Source of the DNA: Verrucomicrobiia bacterium
Lineage (GTDB): Bacteria > Verrucomicrobiota > Verrucomicrobiia > Limisphaerales > UBA1319
Direction of reading: 5' to 3'
DNA length: 64,000 nucleotides
Assembly (NCBI GenBank): GCA_963664225.1
Contig: OY760937.1
Location: forward strand, 3,680,001 to 3,744,000
In this document: positions 8,886-18,495 of the stretch, piece by piece
How the letters are laid out: every line of letters starts with the position of its first letter
How positions within the stretch are numbered: position 1 is the stretch's first letter
The notes under the pieces: model-generated
The model's database searches: none
What the model saw: only the letters and a program-made list of their open reading frames with translations
What the model was told of the DNA's origin: nothing
Made by a program: the position numbers and the translations under genes

Positions 8886-10004
8886 ATGAGCACAACTAAG
8901 AAACCTATCAACGTCGGCGTTGTCGGATGCGGTTATTGGGGGCCAAACCTCATTCGTAATTTAAGGAGTCTGGAGGATTGCAACTTGAAGTTGATGTGCG
9001 ATCTGAACCAGCAGCGCCTCAACCATCTTCATAATTTATATCCGGAAGTCGAAGCGCATACAGATTTCAACCACGCCCTCAACGGAGCGGGCCTGGATGC
9101 GGTGGTTATCGCCACTTCCGTGAAGTATCATCACCGGATGGCCAAAGAGAGTCTGCTTGCGGGCAAGCATACCTTCATCGAAAAACCAATGGCCTCATCT
9201 TCGGAAGAATGCGAGGAATTGGTTGATCTGGCCCGCAAACAGGGTGTGGTCCTGATGGTTGGGCACACTTTCCTGTATTCGTCGCCGGTGCGGCGGATCA
9301 AACAGATTGTGGATGCGGGCGACATTGGGGAAATCCAGTATATCGCCTCGCGTCGATTGAATCTGGGCCTGTTTCAGAAGGACATCAACGTGGCGTGGGA
9401 TCTTGCGCCGCATGACATCTCGATCATTCTGTATATCATGGGAGAAGCGCCGGTGAGCATCCATTGCCAGGGCGACGCGCATATCACGCCCGGAATTGAG
9501 GATGTGACGACGATGTATTTGAGTTTCCCCAAGAATCGTTCGGCCATGATTCACAATAGCTGGCTGGATCCGCGGAAGGTGCGCGAGATGACGATTGTGG
9601 GGACCAAGCGGATGATTGTGTATGACGATCTGGCGCCGTTGGAAAAGATCAAGATTTTCGATGCGCGCGTTGAAGTGCCTCCGCATTACGATACTTTTGC
9701 CGAGTTTCAATATGCCTATCATTATGGGGATGCCTACATTCCCTACATCAAGCAGGAGGAGCCGTTGAAGGTGGAGTGCCAGCATTTTCTGGATTGCATC
9801 AGCAGCGGCAAAACCCCGTTGACCGGCGGGATTCAAGGTCGGGACGTGGTGCGAATTCTGGAGGCTTCATCGCAATCCTTGAAATCAGAGGGAGGCCGCG
9901 TGGTTTTTGAGGCCAATGCTCCTGAGGCGCATCGATCGATCAGTGGCAATGGACATGCGGACAATCCTTCAAGACTGGAACTAATAAACGGTGTCAGCGC
10001 ATGA
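8886..10004 (+). CDS. Gfo/Idh/MocA oxidoreductase (WbpB/WlbA-like nucleotide-sugar dehydrogenase)
   Basis: VGCGYWG, IEKPMA, WDLAPHD; precedes an acyltransferase and an aminotransferase. Confidence 0.88.
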   Translation: MSTTKKPINVGVVGCGYWGPNLIRNLRSLEDCNLKLMCDLNQQRLNHLHNLYPEVEAHTDFNHALNGAGLDAVVIATSVKYHHRMAKESLLAGKHTFIEKPMASSSEECEELVDLARKQGVVLMVGHTFLYSSPVRRIKQIVDAGDIGEIQYIASRRLNLGLFQKDINVAWDLAPHDISIILYIMGEAPVSIHCQGDAHITPGIEDVTTMYLSFPKNRSAMIHNSWLDPRKVREMTIVGTKRMIVYDDLAPLEKIKIFDARVEVPPHYDTFAEFQYAYHYGDAYIPYIKQEEPLKVECQHFLDCISSGKTPLTGGIQGRDVVRILEASSQSLKSEGGRVVFEANAPEAHRSISGNGHADNPSRLELINGVSA

Positions 10005-10540
10005 GCGCCCCGCAAGGATCTCATTCGCTGATTGCGTCCGATGTGAAGTTGGGCGAAAGGGTTCGTGTTTACGCTTTCACCAACCTTTATGGATGCGAAA
10101 TCGGTGACGACACCAGGATTGGCACCTTTGTGGAAATCCAAAAGGGCGCAAAAATAGGCAGACGTTGCAAGGTTTCCAGTCATTCGTTCATCTGCGAGGG
10201 TGTGACGATCGAAGACGAAGTTTTCATCGGGCACAACGTGACTTTCATCAACGACCTTTATCCCAGGGCGGTAAATGCCGATGGCAGTTTACAGTCGGAC
10301 GCGGATTGGCAGTGTCGGCCGACTTTGATCAAACGGGGGGCTTCGATTGGGTCGAGCGCGACTCTATTATGTGGAGTCACGGTGGGGGAGGGCGCGCTGG
10401 TCGGAGCCGGCAGTGTCGTTATCAAAGATGTCGCTCCGTGGACCGTGGTGGCGGGAAACCCCGCGCGGGTGATCAAAGCACTGTGCCAGCCGGGCAAAAC
10501 AAACGAAATATTAAATGACAACCAAAGTACCATTTCTTGA
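10001..10540 (+). CDS. Hexapeptide-repeat N-acyltransferase (WbpD/WlbB-like)
   Basis: Left-handed beta-helix repeats, FIND.YPR, VAGNPAR. Confidence 0.9.
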   Translation: MSAPQGSHSLIASDVKLGERVRVYAFTNLYGCEIGDDTRIGTFVEIQKGAKIGRRCKVSSHSFICEGVTIEDEVFIGHNVTFINDLYPRAVNADGSLQSDADWQCRPTLIKRGASIGSSATLLCGVTVGEGALVGAGSVVIKDVAPWTVVAGNPARVIKALCQPGKTNEILNDNQSTIS

Positions 10541-11654
10541 TTTAAGGGCGCACCATGAGCCGCTGCGTGAGGAGATTCAGGCCGCAATTCAACAGGTGAT
10601 CGACAGCAGCGCCTTTGCGGGAGGGCCGTTTGTGGCGAAATTCGAGGCGGATTTTGCGGAGTTCTGCGGTTGCGCGCACGCGATTGGCGTGGGCAACGGC
10701 ACGGACGCCTTATGGCTGGCCTTGGTGGGCCTGGGGGTGGGCGTGGGAGACGAGGTGATCACCTCTCCCGGCACTTTCATTGCCACCGCTGAGGCGATCA
10801 GTCTGTGCGGCGCAAAGCCGGTGTTTGTCGATGTGGATGAGCAGACGTACACGTTGGACCCCGATTTGATTGAGAAGGCGATCACACCGCGGACCAAGGC
10901 GATCATACCGGTGCATTTGTTCGGTCAGATGGCGGATATGGATCCGATCATGGTGATCGCCCGCAAGCATCATTTATTTGTGGTGGAAGATGCCTGCCAG
11001 GCGCATGGTGCGACGTATAAGGGAGAAAAGGCGGGCACGATCGGCGATGCCGGTTGCTTCAGCTTCTATCCGGGCAAGAATTTGGGGGCTTTCGGGGAGG
11101 CGGGCGCGGTGGTGACTAACAACGCGGAATTGGCGAAGAAGATCCAGGTGTTTCGCGATCACGGCCAGGCCAAAAAGTATTACCACTCGGTTGTCGGATG
11201 GAATGCGCGCATGGACGGGATTCAAGGCGCGGTGCTGGGCATCAAGCTCAAGGGGTTGAAGCACAGTAACGAAGCGCGCCGCGAGCATGGGCGTTTGTAT
11301 AGTCAATTGCTTGGGGGCATGGAGGAGGTCATCACGCCGCATGAGGCTGGATATGGAGCACACGTTTATCATATCTACGCGGTCCGGGTGAAGAATCGTG
11401 ATGCGGTGTTGCAAATGATGGGGGAGAAAGGGATTGGCTGCGCGATTCATTATCCGATACCCGTTCATTTACAGGAGGCCTACCGCTCTCTGGGGTATCA
11501 GCAGGGCGCGTTTCCGGTGGCGGAGCGTTGTGCGGAGGAGTTTTTATCGCTTCCAATGTTTCCTGAATTGTCGCGGGACCAGGTTCAGACGACAGTGGAG
11601 GCTTTAATGTCCTGCGTGCAAGCGTCGAAATCGGAATATGCGTCTGCGGGCTGA
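10515..11654 (+). CDS. DegT/DnrJ/EryC1/StrS PLP-dependent aminotransferase (WbpE-like)
   Basis: [31 protein letters not shown] (PLP lysine), LSLPMFP. Confidence 0.95.
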   Translation: MTTKVPFLDLRAHHEPLREEIQAAIQQVIDSSAFAGGPFVAKFEADFAEFCGCAHAIGVGNGTDALWLALVGLGVGVGDEVITSPGTFIATAEAISLCGAKPVFVDVDEQTYTLDPDLIEKAITPRTKAIIPVHLFGQMADMDPIMVIARKHHLFVVEDACQAHGATYKGEKAGTIGDAGCFSFYPGKNLGAFGEAGAVVTNNAELAKKIQVFRDHGQAKKYYHSVVGWNARMDGIQGAVLGIKLKGLKHSNEARREHGRLYSQLLGGMEEVITPHEAGYGAHVYHIYAVRVKNRDAVLQMMGEKGIGCAIHYPIPVHLQEAYRSLGYQQGAFPVAERCAEEFLSLPMFPELSRDQVQTTVEALMSCVQASKSEYASAG

Positions 11655-12744
11655 AGCCAGCACAGGGTGGGCAACGGCGCTTCCCCGCGAGGAGACTTCG
11701 GTTGGCCGCCCGGAGTTGGAAGTGGTGGATCCAACGATTGGCGGGGATTGGGACAACGGCGTTCAGAGGCATCCCGAGGCCACTTTTTTTCATGGTGCGG
11801 CTTGGGCCAATGTCTTGTGCGATGCCTATCGGCATGTGCCTTTCTATATTTTATCGGCTCAAGGTGGGCGTGTAATGGGTCTTTTGCCCCTGATGGAAGT
11901 CCGAAGCATACTGACCGGCTGCCGCGGGGTGGCGTTGCCTTTTGCCGATGAATGCCCGTCTTTGGAAAGCGACCAGGCCAGCCGTGGCGCGCTATTTGAG
12001 AAGGCGCTGGAGATTGGGCGGAAGCGGCGTTGGAAGTATGTGGAATGCCGTGGATCCAACGGTTTTAAGGAGGGTGGTGCGCCGTCGGTCTCGTATTACG
12101 CGCACACACTCGATTTGGCGTCCGGCGAACAGGGATTGTTTGAGGGGCTGGATGGGGCCACGCGCCGGGCGGTTCGCAAGGCGGAGCACGAAGGACTGCG
12201 TTTTGAAATTGCGAGGAATCTGGATGGGATGCGGATTTTTTACCGGCTGCATTGCAGGACCCGGCGCAAGCATGGATTGCCGCCCCAGCCATTCGGATTT
12301 TTTCGGGCCATATTGACACGAATTCTGGAAAAAGACGCCGGGTTTATCGGGCTCGTTCATAAGGGAACGGAACCGTTGGCGGCTTTGGTATTTTTCTATT
12401 TTGGACAACGGGCCATCTACAAATTTGGCGCCTCCAATGAAAAGTTTCTGAATCTGCGGGCCAACAATCTGGCAATGTGGCAGGGGATTTGTTGGCTTGC
12501 GAATCGAGGCTTCAGGGAGTTGCACTTTGGGCGCACGTCTCTGTGCAATGAGGGTTTGCGCAGGTATAAGCTGGGATGGGGCGCTGTGGAGCGGCGCCTG
12601 GATTACTGGTGTTACGACTTGAAGAGAAACGCCTTTGTGGCGGAACAGGACCGGGCCGGGGGATGGCATAACCGGGTGTTCCGGGCGCTCCCTTTGCCGG
12701 TCTGCCGCTGGATGGGCGCGGCATTGTATCCCCATTTATCTTAA
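11638..12744 (+). CDS. FemAB-like GNAT acyl/aminoacyl transferase (exosortase/EPS-associated type)
   Basis: HPEATFFH..W, LPFAD, RRAVRKA, HGLPPQP, FGRT...GLRRYKLGWGA; two-GNAT FemAB-like layout. Confidence 0.8.
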   Translation: MRLRAEASTGWATALPREETSVGRPELEVVDPTIGGDWDNGVQRHPEATFFHGAAWANVLCDAYRHVPFYILSAQGGRVMGLLPLMEVRSILTGCRGVALPFADECPSLESDQASRGALFEKALEIGRKRRWKYVECRGSNGFKEGGAPSVSYYAHTLDLASGEQGLFEGLDGATRRAVRKAEHEGLRFEIARNLDGMRIFYRLHCRTRRKHGLPPQPFGFFRAILTRILEKDAGFIGLVHKGTEPLAALVFFYFGQRAIYKFGASNEKFLNLRANNLAMWQGICWLANRGFRELHFGRTSLCNEGLRRYKLGWGAVERRLDYWCYDLKRNAFVAEQDRAGGWHNRVFRALPLPVCRWMGAALYPHLS

Positions 12745-12831
12745 TTTAATTATGCCCAACGAGATGGAATTGGTTATATTACGAGATATGGTGGCGCGCG
12801 CGGGAATGAAACAAAACACTGGAGTGTTCGC

Positions 12832-15000
12832 ATGACAGAAGATGATGATGATGTGCAATCCCCAAGGTCTTCCATGGGGCTTGCGGACGTTTATTTTGTG
12901 TTGTTCCGGCACAAATGGCTTGTTTTGGGCGCGTCCCTCGCAGGGTTGCTCGCGGCCCTCGCCCTTTTCTTTCTGGACTCCCCTAAGTATCGCTCCGACG
13001 CCAAGCTTCTGATTCGTTATGTCATCGAAAACAAATCGGACAACCCGATGGGCAGCGATACGCAGATTAAATCGCCGGATTCGCGCGGAGAAAACATCAT
13101 CAATTCGGAATTGGAAATTCTGACAAGCCGCGATCTGGCGGAGAAGGTGGCTTCATTGGTGGGACCGGAGAAAATATTAAAAGGATCCTTTGAAGAATCC
13201 AACAGCACTGCGGCGGCCATTTACATAACGAAGAATTTGACTGTTGAAGTTCCCAAGCGCAGCGACATCATCCGATTGAGTTTTTCTCATCCCGAACCTG
13301 CGGTCGCCAGGGAAGTGATGCAGAGGCTGGTCACGGCCTATCTGGACAAGCACCGCGAAATCCATCAGTCGGCGGGCATGTTGGATGAATCTTTGCAACA
13401 ACAGACAGACCAGTGGCGAACGCGTTTGACATCCACGGAAGAGGAGCTTTTTAAAGCCAAGACCAACGCGGGAATCATCAACATAGAGGACTCGCAAAAG
13501 GTGATTGGGGAACAGATGAACAAAACCCGGATGGAATTATATGCTGCCGAGGCGGAATTGGCTGAAAAGCAAACATTCCTTAATGAAATCGGTAAATTGT
13601 CCGGCAATACTAACGAAAATCCAGCCAAAACGACCGACCTCTCTTCGATTGAAAAGATCAACCAATACAAGTCCGTCTGTGCGCAATTGGAGGCGTTTCG
13701 CAAGAAGGAGATGGACTATCTGGCGCAATACACGGAGGAAAATCCGCTGGTAAAGGCGGTGCGGGAGCAGATCGCGATGGCGGATAAACAAAGGCAGAAA
13801 CTGGAGCAGGAGAATCCGAGGCTGGCCATGTCTGGCGTCGCCACGCCCGACAACCGCCAGCAAAGCCTGGATCCGCTGGCCGAGAGCAGTCGGATTGCGG
13901 CCTTGAAGACGAAAATTGAAATCTTAAAGGGCCAGTTGGATAAATTGCGCCTGGATGCAGCGGGGGTGGATCAGGCGGGATCGCTCATTCGGCAGCTTGA
14001 GCGCAGGAAAGAGTTGGAGGAGACCAATTATCGCTATTATTCGATGAATTGGGAGCAATACAGGCTGACCAAGGAAATGGGGCCCGGGAAGGTGTCGAAT
14101 ATCAGCACAGTTCAGGAGCCGTCGATTGCGGTGTTGGATCCGGGCAAACTATTCAAATTCATGGGGATCGCGCTTGCGGGCGGGATTCTAGCAGGCGTGG
14201 GACTGGCTTTCCTGATTGAAATGTTCCTCGATCAAACGGTTAAACGCGCGAAAGACGTGGAGACCAGGCTCAAAATTCCCCTGGCCATGTCCATTCCCCA
14301 ATTGGACGCCTTTACCCGCAACGGGAAAAGTCAAAAGGGGATGAAGAAAGAGGACGGCACGGCGCTGGCGCTGTGGGCTCCAAATCATGCGATGAATCCA
14401 TATTTTGAGGCGCTGCGGGATCGGGTGACGATGTATTGCGAGCGGGTGCCTCACAAACCCAAGTTGGTGGGGTTGACCAGTTGTTCGCGCCAGGCCGGGG
14501 TGAGCACGCTGGCAATGGGTTTGGCGAGCGCGCTTTCCCAGACAGGCGACGGGAAAGTCCTTCTGGTGGACATGAATCCCGAGCGGGGAGCGACGCATGC
14601 GTTTTTCGATGGAAAGCCAGCGACAGGTTTGTTGGATGGCTTGGAAGAGGGCAGACGGGATAACGCCCTGGTTCAGGAAAACCTCTACGTGGTTAATGGG
14701 AATTCTCAGGATTCGCAGTTCAGTGTTCTACCGCGTAAGTTTGCGAATCTGGTCCCCAAGCTCAAGGCCAGCGACTACGACTACATTATTTTCGACATGC
14801 CGGCTGTGACGCAGACGAGCATTACGCCCCGGTTGGCGGGTTTGCTTGATATGGTGATGATGGTGATCGAAGCGGAAAAAACAAACGTGGATATTGTCAA
14901 TAAGGCAAGCGGCATGCTGACCCAGTCCAAGGACAATGTGACCGCGGTTTTGAACAAATACCACACCTACGTGCCCGAAAGGCTGCATCAGGAATTTTAA
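12832..15000 (+). CDS. Polysaccharide co-polymerase, Wzc/GumC-like, with a degenerate tyrosine-kinase domain
   Basis: N-terminal TM plus INSELEILTSR Wzz motif, long coiled coil, second TM, C-terminal P-loop domain (TSCSRQAGVST / LLVDMN / IIFDMP). Confidence 0.88.
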   Translation: MTEDDDDVQSPRSSMGLADVYFVLFRHKWLVLGASLAGLLAALALFFLDSPKYRSDAKLLIRYVIENKSDNPMGSDTQIKSPDSRGENIINSELEILTSRDLAEKVASLVGPEKILKGSFEESNSTAAAIYITKNLTVEVPKRSDIIRLSFSHPEPAVAREVMQRLVTAYLDKHREIHQSAGMLDESLQQQTDQWRTRLTSTEEELFKAKTNAGIINIEDSQKVIGEQMNKTRMELYAAEAELAEKQTFLNEIGKLSGNTNENPAKTTDLSSIEKINQYKSVCAQLEAFRKKEMDYLAQYTEENPLVKAVREQIAMADKQRQKLEQENPRLAMSGVATPDNRQQSLDPLAESSRIAALKTKIEILKGQLDKLRLDAAGVDQAGSLIRQLERRKELEETNYRYYSMNWEQYRLTKEMGPGKVSNISTVQEPSIAVLDPGKLFKFMGIALAGGILAGVGLAFLIEMFLDQTVKRAKDVETRLKIPLAMSIPQLDAFTRNGKSQKGMKKEDGTALALWAPNHAMNPYFEALRDRVTMYCERVPHKPKLVGLTSCSRQAGVSTLAMGLASALSQTGDGKVLLVDMNPERGATHAFFDGKPATGLLDGLEEGRRDNALVQENLYVVNGNSQDSQFSVLPRKFANLVPKLKASDYDYIIFDMPAVTQTSITPRLAGLLDMVMMVIEAEKTNVDIVNKASGMLTQSKDNVTAVLNKYHTYVPERLHQEF

Positions 15001-15264
15001 GGCGGGGGGCGCATTTGGGTCGGGATATCGATCTTTGCGAACGCATCTCAGGGTTTACCACAGAAAATACGCCTGGATTAAAACGTCAGGCCAGCTTTGA
15101 AGCGTGCGAATTGACAAGGACGAAGTCTGTACGGGTGTCTCGATAATAGACCGGTCAAGGAAGAATCACTTCCCACCTGTGGAATGGGCCTGCCCCAATT
15201 AAGTAAGCGCCTAAAAACAACGGCTTCCCGTTTTCGACATCCGAAAATCACCGACTCTTCTGCC

Positions 15265-16230
15265 ATGGGATTCCTTGGGCCATATTATTGCGTCAAACCG
15301 TATATTCCAGGGCGGTTGCGTTTGATGATGCGGCGGTTTGTGGCCCGGCTTCAACTGGCGCGGTGCTCGGCAATCTGGCCCATCGACCTTAAAGCTGCCG
15401 ACACGCCCGCTGGCTGGCGTGGGTGGCCGGGGAAAAAGCAGTTCGCTTTTGTTCTGACGCACGATGTGGAATCGTTAAGGGGATTTCAGAGATGCGCGAC
15501 ATTGATGGATATCGATGAGAACCACGGGTTTCGATCCGCATTTTATCTGGTTCCGGAGGGGGAATATTCCGTGGATGAGGCGTGCCTGAGATCGATGCGC
15601 AGCAGGGGATTCGAAGTTGGTGTGCATGATCTTAAGCACGACGGAAAGCTTTTCCGATCAAAAGAAGTTTTTTTTTCAAGCGCGCAGCGAATAAACCAGT
15701 ATCTTGAGGAGTGGAAGGCAATCGGATTTCGGGCCGGGTTTATGCGGCATAATACGGAATGGGCGCATGCGTTGAAGGTTGCGTACGACGCGTCCACGTT
15801 TGACACGGATCCGTTCGAGCCGCAACCCGATGGATTGAAAACGATCTATCCGGCATGGATTGCGCGGGAAGGCGGAGGCGGTTACGTGACTCTCCCTTAC
15901 ACCCTGCCACAGGATTCGACGGTGTTTTTGTTGCTCAAGAACTCAAACATCGACATCTGGAAGAAAAAGATGGACTGGGTGGCGGAGAACGGAGGCATGG
16001 TTTTACTGGATTCGCATCCTGATTATATTGCCTTTGAAGGGGATAAGCAGACCTACAAGACCTATCCGGTGGCGCGATATGCGGAGTTTCTGACTCATGT
16101 CAAAAGGCGCTATGATGGCTGCTACTGGCATGCGCTCCCACATCAGGTGGCCGAATACGCAAAGAGCGAACTCCTGCGAGATCGCGCAACAGGGCAAATA
16201 TTAGCGGCCAATAACAAATTATTAGCATGA
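15265..16230 (+). CDS. Polysaccharide deacetylase-like protein (CE4/NodB fold)
   Basis: FAFVLTHDVE, EVGVHDLKH, GFRAG, LLDSHPDY. Start could be 15184. Confidence 0.75.
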   Translation: MGFLGPYYCVKPYIPGRLRLMMRRFVARLQLARCSAIWPIDLKAADTPAGWRGWPGKKQFAFVLTHDVESLRGFQRCATLMDIDENHGFRSAFYLVPEGEYSVDEACLRSMRSRGFEVGVHDLKHDGKLFRSKEVFFSSAQRINQYLEEWKAIGFRAGFMRHNTEWAHALKVAYDASTFDTDPFEPQPDGLKTIYPAWIAREGGGGYVTLPYTLPQDSTVFLLLKNSNIDIWKKKMDWVAENGGMVLLDSHPDYIAFEGDKQTYKTYPVARYAEFLTHVKRRYDGCYWHALPHQVAEYAKSELLRDRATGQILAANNKLLA

Positions 16231-17273
16231 AGAAGGTTTGGATTGACTTGGACAATACGCCGCATGTGCCGTTTTTCGAGCCCATCTTGCTTGAACTAAA
16301 GGCGCGTGGATATCCGGTGTTGCTGACGGCCCGGGACGCCTTTCAAGTAGCGGAATTGGCGGAACAAAAGGGATTGCCGGTGGTCAAGGTGGGGCGGCAT
16401 TATGGAAAGAACAAACTGGTCAAAGTGGCGGGTTTGTTTTATCGCGCGTTGCAATTGATGCCGATTGTGCTCAGGGAAAAGCCGGTGATCGGGGTTTCTC
16501 ATGGGGCGCGTTCTCAAATCATTCTCTGCAATATGCTGGGGATTCCGACCATCCTGCTTGCGGATTATGAGTTTGCGAAGTATCCCCCGCTCATGCGTCC
16601 CACCTGGGAGATGGTGCCGGAGGTCATTCCCAATGAGGCGTTGTACTGTCCGCCCGAACGGGTGCGCAAATACCCCGGTATCAAGGAGGATGTTTACGTG
16701 GCGAGGTTCAAGCCGGATGAGTCGATTTACGATGCCTTAAATCTCAAGCGGGATTGTCTGTTGGCGACGGTCAGGCCTCCGGCCACAGAGGCGCACTACC
16801 ACAATCCGGAAAGCGAAGCGTTGTTTGACAGCCTCATGAACCGCCTGACCAGCATGCCCAATGTTCAGACGGTTTTATTGCCACGAAATAGAAAGCAGGG
16901 GGAACTGGCCCTTGGCACCCACCCGGAATGGTTTTCCGACCGAAAAACGGTCATTCCGGCCAGTGCCGTCGATGGCTTGAATTTGCTCTGGTTTTCGGAT
17001 TTTGTGGTCAGCGGCGGCGGCACGATGAATCGGGAGGCGGCGGCCTTGGGCGTGCCTGTGTATAGTATTTTCAGGGGAAAAACGGGTGCGGTGGACACGT
17101 ACCTTGAGCGGGCTGGAAAGTTGATTATGATCAAAACGCCGGAGGAAGTAATGCGGTCAATTCAGGTGGTGCGGCGGGATAAGACTTTTCACGCGGATCT
17201 GGGCAAGCCTGCGGCACTTTCCTCCATCGTTGGCCATATTGAGGCAATACTCAAGATGACCGGCGCGCAATAG
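16227..17273 (+). CDS. DUF354-family GT-B-fold protein
   Basis: VWIDLDNTPHVPFF, GRHYGK, GGGTMNREAAALG, GAVD. Confidence 0.85.
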   Translation: MKKVWIDLDNTPHVPFFEPILLELKARGYPVLLTARDAFQVAELAEQKGLPVVKVGRHYGKNKLVKVAGLFYRALQLMPIVLREKPVIGVSHGARSQIILCNMLGIPTILLADYEFAKYPPLMRPTWEMVPEVIPNEALYCPPERVRKYPGIKEDVYVARFKPDESIYDALNLKRDCLLATVRPPATEAHYHNPESEALFDSLMNRLTSMPNVQTVLLPRNRKQGELALGTHPEWFSDRKTVIPASAVDGLNLLWFSDFVVSGGGTMNREAAALGVPVYSIFRGKTGAVDTYLERAGKLIMIKTPEEVMRSIQVVRRDKTFHADLGKPAALSSIVGHIEAILKMTGAQ

Positions 17274-17297
17274 GATGTTTAGAAGCAAAGCAAGATT

Positions 17298-18416
17298 ATG
17301 GCAGGACTCGGAAAAATACTGATTGTGGCGGGCGCCCGTCCCAATTTTATGAAAATAGCGCCAATCATCAAGGCGCTGGAAAAGCATAACAAACAGGACG
17401 CCTCGGGAAGGTCCACGCTTTCCTATAAATTGGTGCATACGGGCCAGCATTATGACGCGAAGATGTCGGATGTGTTTTTCTCGGAATTGGGCATCCCAGC
17501 CCCCGACATCAACCTTGAGGTGGGATCCGGTTCGCATGCGGTTCAAACCGCGAATGTGATGTTGAAATTCGAGGCGGTGTGCCTGCAAGAAAAACCGGAC
17601 TGGCTGGTCGTGGTCGGCGATGTGAATTCGACCATGGCCTGCACGCTCGTTGCAAGCAAATTGGGGATCAAGGTGGCGCATGTGGAGGCGGGTCTGCGCA
17701 GTTTTGACCGAACCATGCCGGAGGAAATCAACCGGCTCGTAACGGACGCGATTGCGGACCTGCTGCTGACCCCCTCGCAGGATGGTGATGATAATTTGCG
17801 CCGGGAGGGTGTGCCAGACGCCAAGATTCTGCAGGTCGGCAATGTGATGATCGATGCGGTGATTGCAAATCTTGGGATGGCGCGCAGCAATCGGATTCTG
17901 GATGAACTTGGGGTTGAGAAGAAGCCGTTCGTTTATGTCACGCTGCATCGTCCTTCGAATGTGGACGAACAATCCTCATTGGAGGGGATCATGAAACATT
18001 TGCAGCGGCTGGCGGGTCGGATGACTGTGGTCTTTCCGATGCACCCGCGCACGCGGAAAATGCTGGGCGAATTTCAAATTCATACCAACGGCAATTCGCA
18101 GTTTAAAATCATCGAACCGGTGGGCTATCACGAATCCTTGAGATTGACGGAGAACGCGCGGCTCGTTCTGACGGATTCAGGCGGGTTGCAGGAGGAAACG
18201 ACTTTTTTCCGCACGCCGTGCCTCACGTTGCGGCCCAATACGGAGCGGCCCATCACGATTACCATGGGGAGTAATAAGCTGACGAATCTTTCAATATTGG
18301 AGCAGGACCTCGAAAATATTTTACGCGGCGAGGAACGTCTCGGGCGAGTGCCGGAGTTGTGGGACGGAAAGGCGGCATCGCGCATTGTGGAGGCGCTCGC
18401 CGGGGAGTGCTCTTGA
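17298..18416 (+). CDS. wecB: UDP-N-acetylglucosamine 2-epimerase (non-hydrolysing)
   Basis: GARPNFMK, HTGQHYD, HVEAGLRS, MPEEINR, TDSGGLQEE, TERP, LWDGKA. Confidence 0.95.
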   Translation: MAGLGKILIVAGARPNFMKIAPIIKALEKHNKQDASGRSTLSYKLVHTGQHYDAKMSDVFFSELGIPAPDINLEVGSGSHAVQTANVMLKFEAVCLQEKPDWLVVVGDVNSTMACTLVASKLGIKVAHVEAGLRSFDRTMPEEINRLVTDAIADLLLTPSQDGDDNLRREGVPDAKILQVGNVMIDAVIANLGMARSNRILDELGVEKKPFVYVTLHRPSNVDEQSSLEGIMKHLQRLAGRMTVVFPMHPRTRKMLGEFQIHTNGNSQFKIIEPVGYHESLRLTENARLVLTDSGGLQEETTFFRTPCLTLRPNTERPITITMGSNKLTNLSILEQDLENILRGEERLGRVPELWDGKAASRIVEALAGECS

Positions 18417-18495
18417 TCGGGTCCGCTTCCAGGTTAAAAAGTTTTTTGCGTGGTAAATCAATTCAGCCAGGCATGCAACGAAGTCATATGACGTC

